From Fibrobacteria bacterium (lineage in GTDB: Bacteria > Fibrobacterota > Chitinivibrionia > Chitinivibrionales > FEN-1185), in NCBI GenBank assembly GCA_037447435.1, contig JBBIGR010000009.1:64001-128000 (forward strand): a DNA stretch of 64,000 bases, in the 5' to 3' direction. Shown in pieces: positions 40,931 to 49,872 of this stretch (positions within the stretch are counted from its first letter, which is position 1; every line of letters starts with the position of its first letter). The position numbers and the translations under genes were made by a program. Below the pieces are notes generated by a model that saw only the letters and a program-made list of their open reading frames with translations, was not told where the DNA came from and did no database searches.

Positions 40931-43906
40931 ATGAAAAAACTGAGTTCCCCTCAGCGTGTCGGGTCGTTTTTGCATTTTTCTACAGCCGTATCAGGAAATT
41001 CCGGATTGTTCAGAGCCGGTATCGTTTCTCTTATAATGCTCTTTTTCATCTCGTCTTGCTCCTTTGACCATAAAATGCCCATCGCATTCGATTCGGGGAA
41101 TTCCTTGGAGCAAGTGGCAGGTGTCAATGATCCCTATGCAGCCGCCGAAATACAAAACCCGTCGAATATTACCCTGACTCCCGGCACAACATATAAAATC
41201 GAGTGGAATGCAAAAGTGGCACCCGGGCAGGATGCCATATCGCTTTTGTCTTTCTTCGATTCATCGGACCCCTGGAGCGAAATAACATTTGAGTTTTTCG
41301 GCGGCGGCGCCGACGGTTCCTATTTTTCTTTCCAGTCCCAGTATATTTGCATTGTCAATGGCTCAAAAACGCAACATCTGGTCAACCATACCATTCCAGC
41401 CGTCTTTAACGGCGGATTGCATAACTTCGTCATCATTTTCCGGCCGGCCGGTAACGGCCGGAACGCGTATCTTGAATGGCAAGTGGACGGCAGCGTAATA
41501 CGGACCGAAACCGGCGGGGATGCCGATAATCTTAGAAATTCGATGAGAATCCATTCCGGCGTTTGGAAAGTGAAACAGTCGTTTGGATGGGGAACAGGCG
41601 GCAGCGCGCCATTGCTTGACACCTCGATCATGGTTGTTCAAAATATCATGTTATCGTCACAGGTATCCGGCAATTGGCAGACGATAAACAATTGGACCTT
41701 TCAGAATCAGAGTTCGCTGGGCAGTTGGATGCTTTCGAACTGGACTTTTGACGCGATGGACGGATATTACATTCCTGCCAATGCGCAAATCAGGAATGGA
41801 GCTCTTAGTTTGATCCTGTCTACCCTTAATCCCCATATAAATAACATTGTTCCCGTTGCCAATGCCGGATCGGACCAAACCGCGGCGGTCAATTCACCGG
41901 TAACGCTGGACGGCCGACTGTCGAAAGATGCGGACAACGGGCCTTCACCGCTCGGCTATTTGTGGACGCAAATCGCGGGGCCGTCGACGGTCATCTTGAC
42001 GCAAGCGACAACCAGCCAACCCGGCTTTACCCCGACGGTCGCGGGCAGCTACACGTTCCGTCTCACGGTGAACGACGGCGCCGCGGCAAGCAGCGACGAT
42101 GTGATCGTAACTGCAACCGGCAATACATATGTCTCGCTTCCCGGCCGCATTCAGGCAAAAGATTATAATCCCGGCGGTGAAGGCGTCGGTTACCATGACC
42201 TCACCGTTGGAAATAGCGGGGGCAAGTATCGCAACGACGACGTGGATATCGAAGCGTGTTCCGATGTCGGCGGCGGCTATAATGTCGGCTGGATCGACAC
42301 CGGCGAATGGCTGGCCTACAATATAAACGTTACGCAAGCCGGTACCTATACCTTTACCGCACGAATGGCCTCTGCCACTAGCGGCACCAAGACCATGACC
42401 GTTTCGATAGACGGCAGCGCGGTGGCCGCGTTCGGCTTTACCGACGCATCCGGCTGGCAAAGCTGGAAAGACGTCTCTGTTCCTAATGTCAATTTGACCG
42501 CAGGGAATCATGTGCTGCGCATGAACATGACCACCGGCGGTTTCAATGTGAACTACCTCGATATCGCTTCGACGGTGTCCTACACGCTTTCGACCGTTGC
42601 CAATCCCGCTGCCGCCGGAACAATCAGCGGCGGCGGCAGTTATGCTTCCGGTGCAACCGCAACCCTGGCCGCGACTCCGGCGCCGGGTTATACCTTTTCA
42701 AACTGGAGCGGCGATGTAGCTGGAATTGCAAATCCCATGACCGTTGTCATGAACGCGAATAAGAGCGTGACCGCAAACTTTACACCGGCAGCATCCTATA
42801 CCATAATCGCAACCGCCCAGGCAAACGGTTCCGTTTCGCCAAGTGGAACCGTCAGTGTGGGGCAGGGCGCAGATCAAACGTTTACCATGACGCCGGATAA
42901 CGGTTATAGTGTCGACCTTGTTACGGTAGACGGAGTAAGCCAGGGATCGATTACTTCCTATACCTTCTCGAAAGTAATGTCGAATCATACGATTAACGTC
43001 ACCTTTAAAACAAACGGAACGTTCATCAGCCTGCCGGGCCGTATTCAGGCCGAAGACTATAAATCGGGCGGCGAGGGAAGCGGATACCACGATTTGACTA
43101 AAGGTAATACCGGCGGTGCTTATCGCAACGACGATGTCGATATCGAAGCGTGTTCCGATGCGGGCGGCGGCTATAATGTCGGCTGGACCGATGCGGGCGA
43201 GTGGTTGGCTTACGACGTGAACGTTATGCAAGCCGGATTCTATACGTTTACCGCGCGAATGGCCTCTGCCGCTAGCGGCACCAAGACCATGACCGTCACC
43301 GTAGACGGCGCCGCGGTCGCCGTGTTCAGCTTTACCGACGCATCAGGCTGGCAAAGCTGGAAAAACGTCGTTGTTCCGAATATCAATTTGACCGCCGGGA
43401 ACCATGCGTTGCGTTTGGTCATGACAACCAACGGCTTCAATGTGAATTACCTTGATGTTTCCGCAGGGGCGTCGAACCTGCTGACAAACGGCGATTTCGC
43501 AAACGGGCTTTCTTCCTGGCAAACCCTGTATATGGAAGGCGCCGCAGGTGCCATGACCAATGATGCCGGAAGCGCCAAGATCGCCATCACCTCGCTTGGC
43601 CCCAATCCGTGGGACATACAGATTTATCAAAACGTGTCCGTAATTGCAAATAAGCTCTATACGCTGGAATTCGACATGAAAGCGGCCGCAACACCTAAAA
43701 ATTTTAAGGTCGTGGTGGAACATGACGGCGGCTCGTATACCAAATATCTTGAACAGCAATACACGGTGACGAGTGCCGCGAACACATACCAGCATTTCGT
43801 GAGTACGTTTACGCCGAATGCGACCGACTCTCCTGTCAAGATCGGTTTCCATTTCGGAACGTTTAACACCAATTCGTGCTGGCTCGATAATGTGACCTTG
43901 AAGTAG
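40931..43906 (+). CDS. Modular glycosidase: circularly permuted GH16 (lichenase-like) + PKD/REJ + CBM6 + InlB-B-like repeats + CBM6 + CBM4/9
   Basis: The order AAEI, PWSEITFEFFG, FQSQ, WQVDG..IRTETGG, NWTFD, RNGALSLIL follows Fibrobacter succinogenes 1,3-1,4-beta-glucanase; PVANAGSDQ (PKD); two GWxDxGEWLAY CBM6 modules; NLLTNGDF (CBM4). Confidence 0.85.
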   Translation: MKKLSSPQRVGSFLHFSTAVSGNSGLFRAGIVSLIMLFFISSCSFDHKMPIAFDSGNSLEQVAGVNDPYAAAEIQNPSNITLTPGTTYKIEWNAKVAPGQDAISLLSFFDSSDPWSEITFEFFGGGADGSYFSFQSQYICIVNGSKTQHLVNHTIPAVFNGGLHNFVIIFRPAGNGRNAYLEWQVDGSVIRTETGGDADNLRNSMRIHSGVWKVKQSFGWGTGGSAPLLDTSIMVVQNIMLSSQVSGNWQTINNWTFQNQSSLGSWMLSNWTFDAMDGYYIPANAQIRNGALSLILSTLNPHINNIVPVANAGSDQTAAVNSPVTLDGRLSKDADNGPSPLGYLWTQIAGPSTVILTQATTSQPGFTPTVAGSYTFRLTVNDGAAASSDDVIVTATGNTYVSLPGRIQAKDYNPGGEGVGYHDLTVGNSGGKYRNDDVDIEACSDVGGGYNVGWIDTGEWLAYNINVTQAGTYTFTARMASATSGTKTMTVSIDGSAVAAFGFTDASGWQSWKDVSVPNVNLTAGNHVLRMNMTTGGFNVNYLDIASTVSYTLSTVANPAAAGTISGGGSYASGATATLAATPAPGYTFSNWSGDVAGIANPMTVVMNANKSVTANFTPAASYTIIATAQANGSVSPSGTVSVGQGADQTFTMTPDNGYSVDLVTVDGVSQGSITSYTFSKVMSNHTINVTFKTNGTFISLPGRIQAEDYKSGGEGSGYHDLTKGNTGGAYRNDDVDIEACSDAGGGYNVGWTDAGEWLAYDVNVMQAGFYTFTARMASAASGTKTMTVTVDGAAVAVFSFTDASGWQSWKNVVVPNINLTAGNHALRLVMTTNGFNVNYLDVSAGASNLLTNGDFANGLSSWQTLYMEGAAGAMTNDAGSAKIAITSLGPNPWDIQIYQNVSVIANKLYTLEFDMKAAATPKNFKVVVEHDGGSYTKYLEQQYTVTSAANTYQHFVSTFTPNATDSPVKIGFHFGTFNTNSCWLDNVTLK
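42137..43459 (+). repeat. Intragenic duplication of the CBM6 module (42137-42565 and 43031-43459)
   Basis: Two ~429 bp copies offset by 894 bp with long identical DNA stretches, e.g. GATATCGAAGCGTGTTCCGATG and GGCACCAAGACCATGACCGT. Confidence 0.9.
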
Positions 43907-43931
43907 GATTTACAGAGACAAAACAGCCGAT

Positions 43932-43971
43932 TAAAAAGCCCGTGCCGCCAATTATTGGCACGGGCTTTTTA
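43932..43971. terminator. Bidirectional terminator between the GH16 and GH44 genes
   Basis: TAAAAAGCCCGTGCC...GGCACGGGCTTTTTA. Confidence 0.85.
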
Positions 43972-43997
43972 TTTGCTTTGCATTACGCAAATGAAAA

Positions 43998-45836
43998 CTA
44001 CTTAAAGGTGGTTTGAATCAGGCTGCGTTTTCCCTGTTCGTCCAAAATTACAAAGCAACCGGCACCGGTGGTAGTTTCAAGTAGTTTCCTGAGCCGGCGC
44101 ATGGGAATATTGCCTGGAACCGTCATGAGAACTCTTCCCCGAAGGTCGACGCAACGCAAGACCCCGTGAGATGCGGACCGCAAGGTGCCTTGCGAGGCGG
44201 GAAAACCGTTCACCACCGCGGTAGGCGTTCCCTTGATCAAGACCGCGGTGATCGATAATGCCGGAAGCGTCATTGAAAGCGTTTGGCCCGAAACCGCGAT
44301 TGCCCGACGCTTGAGCGCAGTTGATGTTGGAGAAAAAGTTTCGGCGGCAGGCAATGCCGAAAGCTCGAAGACGGAATCTGCCATGGTTGCCGGAACAAAC
44401 CCGGATAAGGCGATCTGCGATTGCGCGGCAGTGGAAAAGCGATTGACGAGAATGAGTGCCAGCGTGTCTCCCGCGTTATTTGTCGAGGAATAGGCCGACG
44501 CCATGCTGTCTTGGTCCGAAGCGCTTTGCACGCGAATTCCTTTTGCGCAGGTTGTAAACAAATGCATCACTTCCCATTGCCCCGGATACCAGTCCCACGG
44601 CGTAAAAATTTCAGCGCCATGGTCTGCGAATGTTCCGAGTGCCGAGGCATACCAGAGCGCGATTGCCGTGGAGCTTCCCGTAAGCGCGCCGTGTTCGGAA
44701 ACGGAAAAACCGACCTTGTTATTGGGGCCCATGTATTGCGTCAACCATCGTCTGGCGCGCTCCATGACGAATTCCTTTGTCTGAGCATTGTCCCACGAGC
44801 CGCTTACCATTTTGCAGCCGTTTGCGCCGGGGAAATTATACGTCGTGTCGAACCAGACGCGGTGCAGCTGCATGATGTCGCGATCGTTGCTTGTGCCCGG
44901 ATAAAAGTGGAAATCGAGAACGTCGAGCAATCGAACGCCGGATGCGGTTTGTTCTTCGGCAACACGCTTGATAAAGTATTCGATCCAGCTGTAGTTTTTT
45001 GTTACGGCCCCAACCGTGACCGGAACCGCGGCATTGTTCCACGCATACCATTGCCACTCGTTTGTAAATACCGGCCCCACCAGCTTAATGCCGGGAAATT
45101 TCTTCCGCGCCGCCTTTGCAACCGCAAAGTACTTTGCCAAATAGGTTTCCGCGGCCATGGGCGAAGTAACGACATCGTCGTGCGTGGAATTCCATATTTC
45201 GGGCTCGTTGTCCATGTTCCAATATCGCAACAGCGTGCTGTCGAGCCCCAAACCGCCGGCAGAAACGGGGGAAAAGAAATTAGTCAATATGGCCGCGACC
45301 GAATCGGCGGGCCAATCAATAAGATATTTGGATATGTCGCCGTTGCCTGCCCAGTTTTTGTTTATATCCGCAGAATACTGGCATTGATTGTAGCTCCAGC
45401 AATCGAAGTTCGCACTGTCGGTGCGGGCGACTTTTCCCAGGAGCTGCAAAGCCCACAAAAGGTTGACGTCCGGCATTCGTTTTTGCACGTCCTGCGATGC
45501 GAATCCCCAGTTATGAGGATAGACGTTGTTGTACCAATCCGGATGGGACGAAAGTTTTTTTGCCCAATTGTACTTTGTAGAATTGTTGCCGCCGTTGTCG
45601 CGGCTCATGCGAAGGCCGGCAGCCTTGTACAGCAGGATATTGGCGGCGCTTGTGGGCGCGGCCGAGTCGTCGGAAAAATTGTTGTTGCGTCCGTAAATGT
45701 ACGGCGAGATAGGAGTTCTTCCTGCCGAAACATCGACCGAAATGTTTACGTTTGGAGCAGCCCAATCGGGATTCGCTCCAATGAAAAAAACTAAAACGGT
45801 TAAGAGAAATACGAAATATACCGGCTTATTAGCCAC
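43998..45836 (-). CDS. Secreted GH44 endoglucanase/xyloglucanase with C-terminal sorting-like tail
   Basis: PISPYIYG.N, R..GGN..T.YNW, DWYNN, MDNEPEIW..TH.DV, RLLDVLDFHFYP, SEHG motifs; likely GTG start at 45836 after AGGGGG. Confidence 0.88.
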   Translation of the reverse strand: MANKPVYFVFLLTVLVFFIGANPDWAAPNVNISVDVSAGRTPISPYIYGRNNNFSDDSAAPTSAANILLYKAAGLRMSRDNGGNNSTKYNWAKKLSSHPDWYNNVYPHNWGFASQDVQKRMPDVNLLWALQLLGKVARTDSANFDCWSYNQCQYSADINKNWAGNGDISKYLIDWPADSVAAILTNFFSPVSAGGLGLDSTLLRYWNMDNEPEIWNSTHDDVVTSPMAAETYLAKYFAVAKAARKKFPGIKLVGPVFTNEWQWYAWNNAAVPVTVGAVTKNYSWIEYFIKRVAEEQTASGVRLLDVLDFHFYPGTSNDRDIMQLHRVWFDTTYNFPGANGCKMVSGSWDNAQTKEFVMERARRWLTQYMGPNNKVGFSVSEHGALTGSSTAIALWYASALGTFADHGAEIFTPWDWYPGQWEVMHLFTTCAKGIRVQSASDQDSMASAYSSTNNAGDTLALILVNRFSTAAQSQIALSGFVPATMADSVFELSALPAAETFSPTSTALKRRAIAVSGQTLSMTLPALSITAVLIKGTPTAVVNGFPASQGTLRSASHGVLRCVDLRGRVLMTVPGNIPMRRLRKLLETTTGAGCFVILDEQGKRSLIQTTFK

Positions 45837-45983
45837 CGAAATTGCCCCCCTGAAAAGAATTAAGCTTCTTAGAGGAAGAATATAGCGGTTTTCACGGCAA
45901 AATGTCAAAAGTGACGGGCGTCTTGCAGACCGTAAAATCTTCAGGCTTTCGATAATTTTGATCCGGGTGTCTTGGAGAGTAAC

Positions 45984-46398
45984 GTGGATAATAGCATCCT
46001 TGTAATGGGATTGATGGCGAGCCGTATGACCGGTTTGCGATTATGTATGGCAATCCCAAAATCTTGCATGGAAGCCATAAAAATGCGCATGGATGACTCA
46101 AAAGTAGTCATGGAAAGTGGAAAATGGTGTTTGGATAGCGGAAAAAGGATGAAAAAAATTGTCCATGACCGATTATTTGCTATCCACAAGCAAAAAAAAG
46201 CATTCCATAACCTGAAATTAATTTACAAAAGTGTAAATTTAAATCGTCCATGACCGATTATCCCGGGTCCACGAGAAGAAAAAATTCGTCCATGACCGAT
46301 TATCCGCTATCCACGAGCAAAAAAAAACAATCCATGACCGCCGTTTGCAGGTTCCATGGACGAAAAATTCCTTTCATGAATGATTACGGAGATTCCAC
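45984..46398. repeat. Bipartite converging array of 21-bp-phased units (ATGGA-type on the left, TCCAT/TCCAC on the right)
   Basis: Left-arm anchors at 45984, 46005, 46026, 46047, 46068, 46089, 46110, 46131. Right-arm anchors at 46162, 46183, 46204, 46247, 46268, 46289, 46310, 46331, 46353, 46373, 46394. Confidence 0.85.
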
Positions 46399-46451
46399 AA
46401 GGGGATAATTCTTCGGCGTGAGGCTTCGCAGATGCAAAAGCAAATCTTTGC

Positions 46452-47228
46452 TCAACCGTATCTGCCTTCGATGTATTCTTCGGTTTTGTGGTTTCGCGGA
46501 TGCAAAAACAATTCTTCCGTACGCAGATGTTCGATCATTTCGCCAAGAAGCATGAAAATGCATTCGTCGCTGGCGCGCCGCGCCTGCGCCATGTTATGCG
46601 TTACGATGACGATCGTATAGGTTCCCCGCAAACTGAACATGAGTTCCTCGATTGCCCGGGTGCCCTCGACATCGAGAGACGAACAAGGTTCGTCCATGAG
46701 AATGATTTTCGGCTTTAAGGGCAACAAACGTGCGATGCATAATTTTTGCTGCTGTTCCAATTGCAACGTCGGCGCTTTAGCATTGAGTTTGTCTTTGAGG
46801 TCTTTCCACAGGCCCACTTCCGAAAGCGCCTTCTCTACTGCTTCGTCAAGAAACGCTTTCTTGAGCTTGCTTCGCGGCGTATGCACCCGTAGACCGAACA
46901 CGACGTTTTCGTATACCGAAATGGGAAGGGGATTGGGCCGTTGGAAAACCATGCCGACGGATTTGCGCAATTCCAATAACGAAACATCGGGATCGTAAAT
47001 GTTTTTGCCGAGTATTTCGATGACCCCTGCGGTTTTGACATAACTGAATCGTTCGTTGATGCGGTTGAAGCAACGCAAAAGCGTTGTTTTGCCGCACCCG
47101 CTCGGCCCGATGAGCGAGGTGATGAGCCCGTGCTTGATTTGCGTATTCACCTTTTTAAGGGCGCAAAAGTTGCCGTACCATAAATTAAGGTCTTTTGTTT
47201 CGATGCCGATCGATGCGTTGTCGCTCAT
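46452..47228 (-). CDS. pstB: Phosphate ABC transporter ATP-binding protein with degenerate signature motif
   Basis: GPSGCGKT, MVFQRPNP, ILMDEP, VTHNM, YIEGRYG; signature reads LQLEQQQ. Confidence 0.92.
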   Translation of the reverse strand: MSDNASIGIETKDLNLWYGNFCALKKVNTQIKHGLITSLIGPSGCGKTTLLRCFNRINERFSYVKTAGVIEILGKNIYDPDVSLLELRKSVGMVFQRPNPLPISVYENVVFGLRVHTPRSKLKKAFLDEAVEKALSEVGLWKDLKDKLNAKAPTLQLEQQQKLCIARLLPLKPKIILMDEPCSSLDVEGTRAIEELMFSLRGTYTIVIVTHNMAQARRASDECIFMLLGEMIEHLRTEELFLHPRNHKTEEYIEGRYG

Positions 47229-47238
47229 AGTGGTTTTA

Positions 47239-48003
47239 TCATCCGAAAATGCCGTTGATATATTCGTACGTTTCCCGTTTGCCCGGCTTGTCCGAGAATA
47301 TTTTTTCCGTGGTGTCGAGTTCGACGATCTTGCCGTTCCATAAAAACATGGTGCGATTGGCGAGCCGCCGCGCCTGATGCGTGAGATTCGTCACCAGGAT
47401 GATGGTGATTTCCTTTTGCAATTCCTTGAGCACGTCTTCGATGCGCATCGTGGTCACCGGATCGATGGCGATGGAAAATTCATCGAGACATAAAATGTCG
47501 GGACTGTGGGACAGCGCCCGTGCAATTGTCAAACGTTGCTGCTGGCCGCCCGAAAGCGCGGTCCCCAGGCTTTTAAGGCGGTCTTTCACTTCGTCCCATA
47601 GTGCCGCCTGGCGAAGGCATTTTTCCACGATGGGGTCAAGGTCCGATTTCTTCGTGAGTCCGGAACAACGGGGCGCAAAAGCCACATTGTCGTATATGGA
47701 AAGCGGCAATCCTACCGGAAGCGGGGCCACCATGCCGATTTTTCGTCGCAACCCGTATACGTCGGCTTTTTTAATGTTCTCGTTGTCAACGTGAATGGAA
47801 CCCGACACCGTGGCGTTTGCGGTAAACTGTATGGTCCGGTTAAGGCAGCGCAGTAACGATGTTTTACCGGATTGCGCAGGGCCGATGATCGCGAAAATTT
47901 CGTTGCGGCAAATATCGAACGAAATGCCGTGCAGTACTTCTTTGACGCCGTAAGCGAGCCGAAGGTCTTCTATGACGATGGTTTTATCCGATGATGCGTT
48001 CAT
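47239..48003 (-). CDS. pstB: Phosphate ABC transporter ATP-binding protein with degenerate Walker A, Q-loop and H-loop
   Basis: [39 protein letters not shown]. Confidence 0.9.
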   Translation of the reverse strand: MNASSDKTIVIEDLRLAYGVKEVLHGISFDICRNEIFAIIGPAQSGKTSLLRCLNRTIQFTANATVSGSIHVDNENIKKADVYGLRRKIGMVAPLPVGLPLSIYDNVAFAPRCSGLTKKSDLDPIVEKCLRQAALWDEVKDRLKSLGTALSGGQQQRLTIARALSHSPDILCLDEFSIAIDPVTTMRIEDVLKELQKEITIILVTNLTHQARRLANRTMFLWNGKIVELDTTEKIFSDKPGKRETYEYINGIFG

Positions 48004-48010
48004 GCCGCCC

Positions 48011-48922
48011 TTACCATTTCTTCCTGTTGCGCATCCAGACCCGGACTGCGATGGCGCTTGCATTGACCACAAGCACCGAGCCAAGCAAGACTATTGCGGT
48101 CGCGCAGGATACCGATTCCTTAACATCCGGTACTTGCGTCGCGAGCGTATACAAATGCATGGACAGGGCCATACATTGGTCGGTAAGCTTATAAGGGAAC
48201 AAACTGCCGCTTTCGACCGCTTTGTAAAAAACCGCGCCGGTAAACATGATGGGAGCGGTTTCGCCTGCCGCCCTGCTCACCTGCAGTATGACGCCGGTCA
48301 ATATGCCGCTTATGGAATTGGGCAAAACGACCGCGCGGATGGTTTGCCACCGCGTGGCGCCCACATTCCAGCACGCTTCGCGAAACGTCATAGGAACCGA
48401 GGCAAGCGCTTCCCTGGTGCTTGCGATAATCACCGGCAGGGTCATGATGGCAAGCGTCAGGGATGCGGAAATGATGGAATAGCCGAATTTCGCCGCATAG
48501 ACAAATGCGCCAAGCCCGAAAAGCGCGTGCACGATGCTGGGTACGCCGGCAAGGTTGATGACCGCTAAATTGATGATGCGGTTGAACCAATTATCTTTTG
48601 CATATTCGTTAAGATATATAGCCGCAAGCACGCCGATGGGCGTTGATACGGCGAGCGAAAGAAAAACGAGGTAAATCGTGCCGACGAATGCGGGCCAAAT
48701 GCCGCCGTCGCGCATGCCGCGCCTGGGTACTTCTATGAGAAATTGCCAATTGAGGGTCGGCGCCGCTTTAACGGCAAGATATCCGATGATGCCGAGAAGC
48801 GGAATTATCATGAGCATTGCCATGATAAAAAAGCCCCACTTTGCGAGCCATTCCAATTTAATTCTGCCCGCGCCGTAAGCTGATTGCGTAAAGAGGGCTT
48901 TTTGCGGTGAATGAGTATCCAT
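48011..48922 (-). CDS. pstA: Phosphate ABC transporter permease PstA
   Basis: GGIWPAFVGT, IYLNEYA, LAGVPSIV..LFG, SRAAGETAPI motifs. Confidence 0.95.
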   Translation of the reverse strand: MDTHSPQKALFTQSAYGAGRIKLEWLAKWGFFIMAMLMIIPLLGIIGYLAVKAAPTLNWQFLIEVPRRGMRDGGIWPAFVGTIYLVFLSLAVSTPIGVLAAIYLNEYAKDNWFNRIINLAVINLAGVPSIVHALFGLGAFVYAAKFGYSIISASLTLAIMTLPVIIASTREALASVPMTFREACWNVGATRWQTIRAVVLPNSISGILTGVILQVSRAAGETAPIMFTGAVFYKAVESGSLFPYKLTDQCMALSMHLYTLATQVPDVKESVSCATAIVLLGSVLVVNASAIAVRVWMRNRKKW

Positions 48923-48928
48923 AATTTA

Positions 48929-49834
48929 TTATTTTCTCTTAAAGCCGCGGATGACGAAATCTGCGGTCAAATTTACCGTAAATGTAATTACAAAGAGCAA
49001 GACCCCGGTAAGAAACAGGACGCGGTAATGATCGGAGGAGGCGGAAGCCTCGCCCAGTTCCGCGGCTATATTTGCGGTAAGTGTTCGTACCGAATCAAGA
49101 ACGCCGTGCGGGATTTGAACCGCATGGCCGGTGGCCATAAGCACCGCCATGGTTTCGCCCACAGCCCTGCCGACGCCGAGCAAAACCGCAGCGAGCAGAC
49201 CGTTTTTTGCAGCAGGTAATAAAACCCGGCGAATCATTTGCCATTTTGTTGTCCCCATGGCAATAGACGCTTCGCGGAACGAATCGGGGACCGCTTTGAG
49301 CGCGTCTTCTCCTATGGAGACAATGATCGGGACACTCATGAGGGCCAAAATTATGCCGCCGTTCAGCAAGTTCACGCCCACCGGCGCGCCTGTCGTAAAA
49401 ATGATGATCTTGCTCATCACCGTAAGCCCGATGAATCCCCAAACGACGCTTGGTATCGCGGCAAGAAGCTCTATAATAATTTTAAGGGTCTCTTTTTGTT
49501 TGTTTCCGCAGAATTCCGAAACGTAAATCGCGGCACCAAGACCGAACGGAACCGCAATAATCATGGCCAGCGCGGTAACGCCCAGACTGCCGACGGTCAG
49601 TGCAAACGTGCCGTAGCGGACGTTGACGCTGGAAGTAGGATACCATAAAGTACTGAACAAAAATTGTAAGACATTGAACTTGCCGTTAAACAGTACCGGT
49701 AGAGCTTCCCTGAATACGAAAAAGAATATTGCTATGACAAAAATGATGGCCGAAATGCCGCTCAACCGAATGAGTAGTTCAAGGGCCTTTTCAAAGAATA
49801 TTGCCCAGTCGGGGCGCTTTGCTCGTTTGTTCAT
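48929..49834 (-). CDS. pstC: Phosphate ABC transporter permease PstC
   Basis: ELLAAIPSVVWG, GRAVGETMAVLMATG, TLTANIA.E motifs. Confidence 0.95.
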   Translation of the reverse strand: MNKRAKRPDWAIFFEKALELLIRLSGISAIIFVIAIFFFVFREALPVLFNGKFNVLQFLFSTLWYPTSSVNVRYGTFALTVGSLGVTALAMIIAVPFGLGAAIYVSEFCGNKQKETLKIIIELLAAIPSVVWGFIGLTVMSKIIIFTTGAPVGVNLLNGGIILALMSVPIIVSIGEDALKAVPDSFREASIAMGTTKWQMIRRVLLPAAKNGLLAAVLLGVGRAVGETMAVLMATGHAVQIPHGVLDSVRTLTANIAAELGEASASSDHYRVLFLTGVLLFVITFTVNLTADFVIRGFKRK

Positions 49835-49872
49835 ACGCTCATTGTCCGTTTATCAAAAATCCATTATAACGA

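Noticed and set aside
44421..45794. 457-aa + strand ORF
   Set aside because: Lies wholly antisense to the GH44 gene and has no recognisable motifs; a shadow ORF.
45984..46398. CRISPR array interpretation of the repeat region
   Set aside because: The conserved part is only ~5-15 bp, the period is 21/42 bp, the orientation flips midway, and there are no cas genes in the window.
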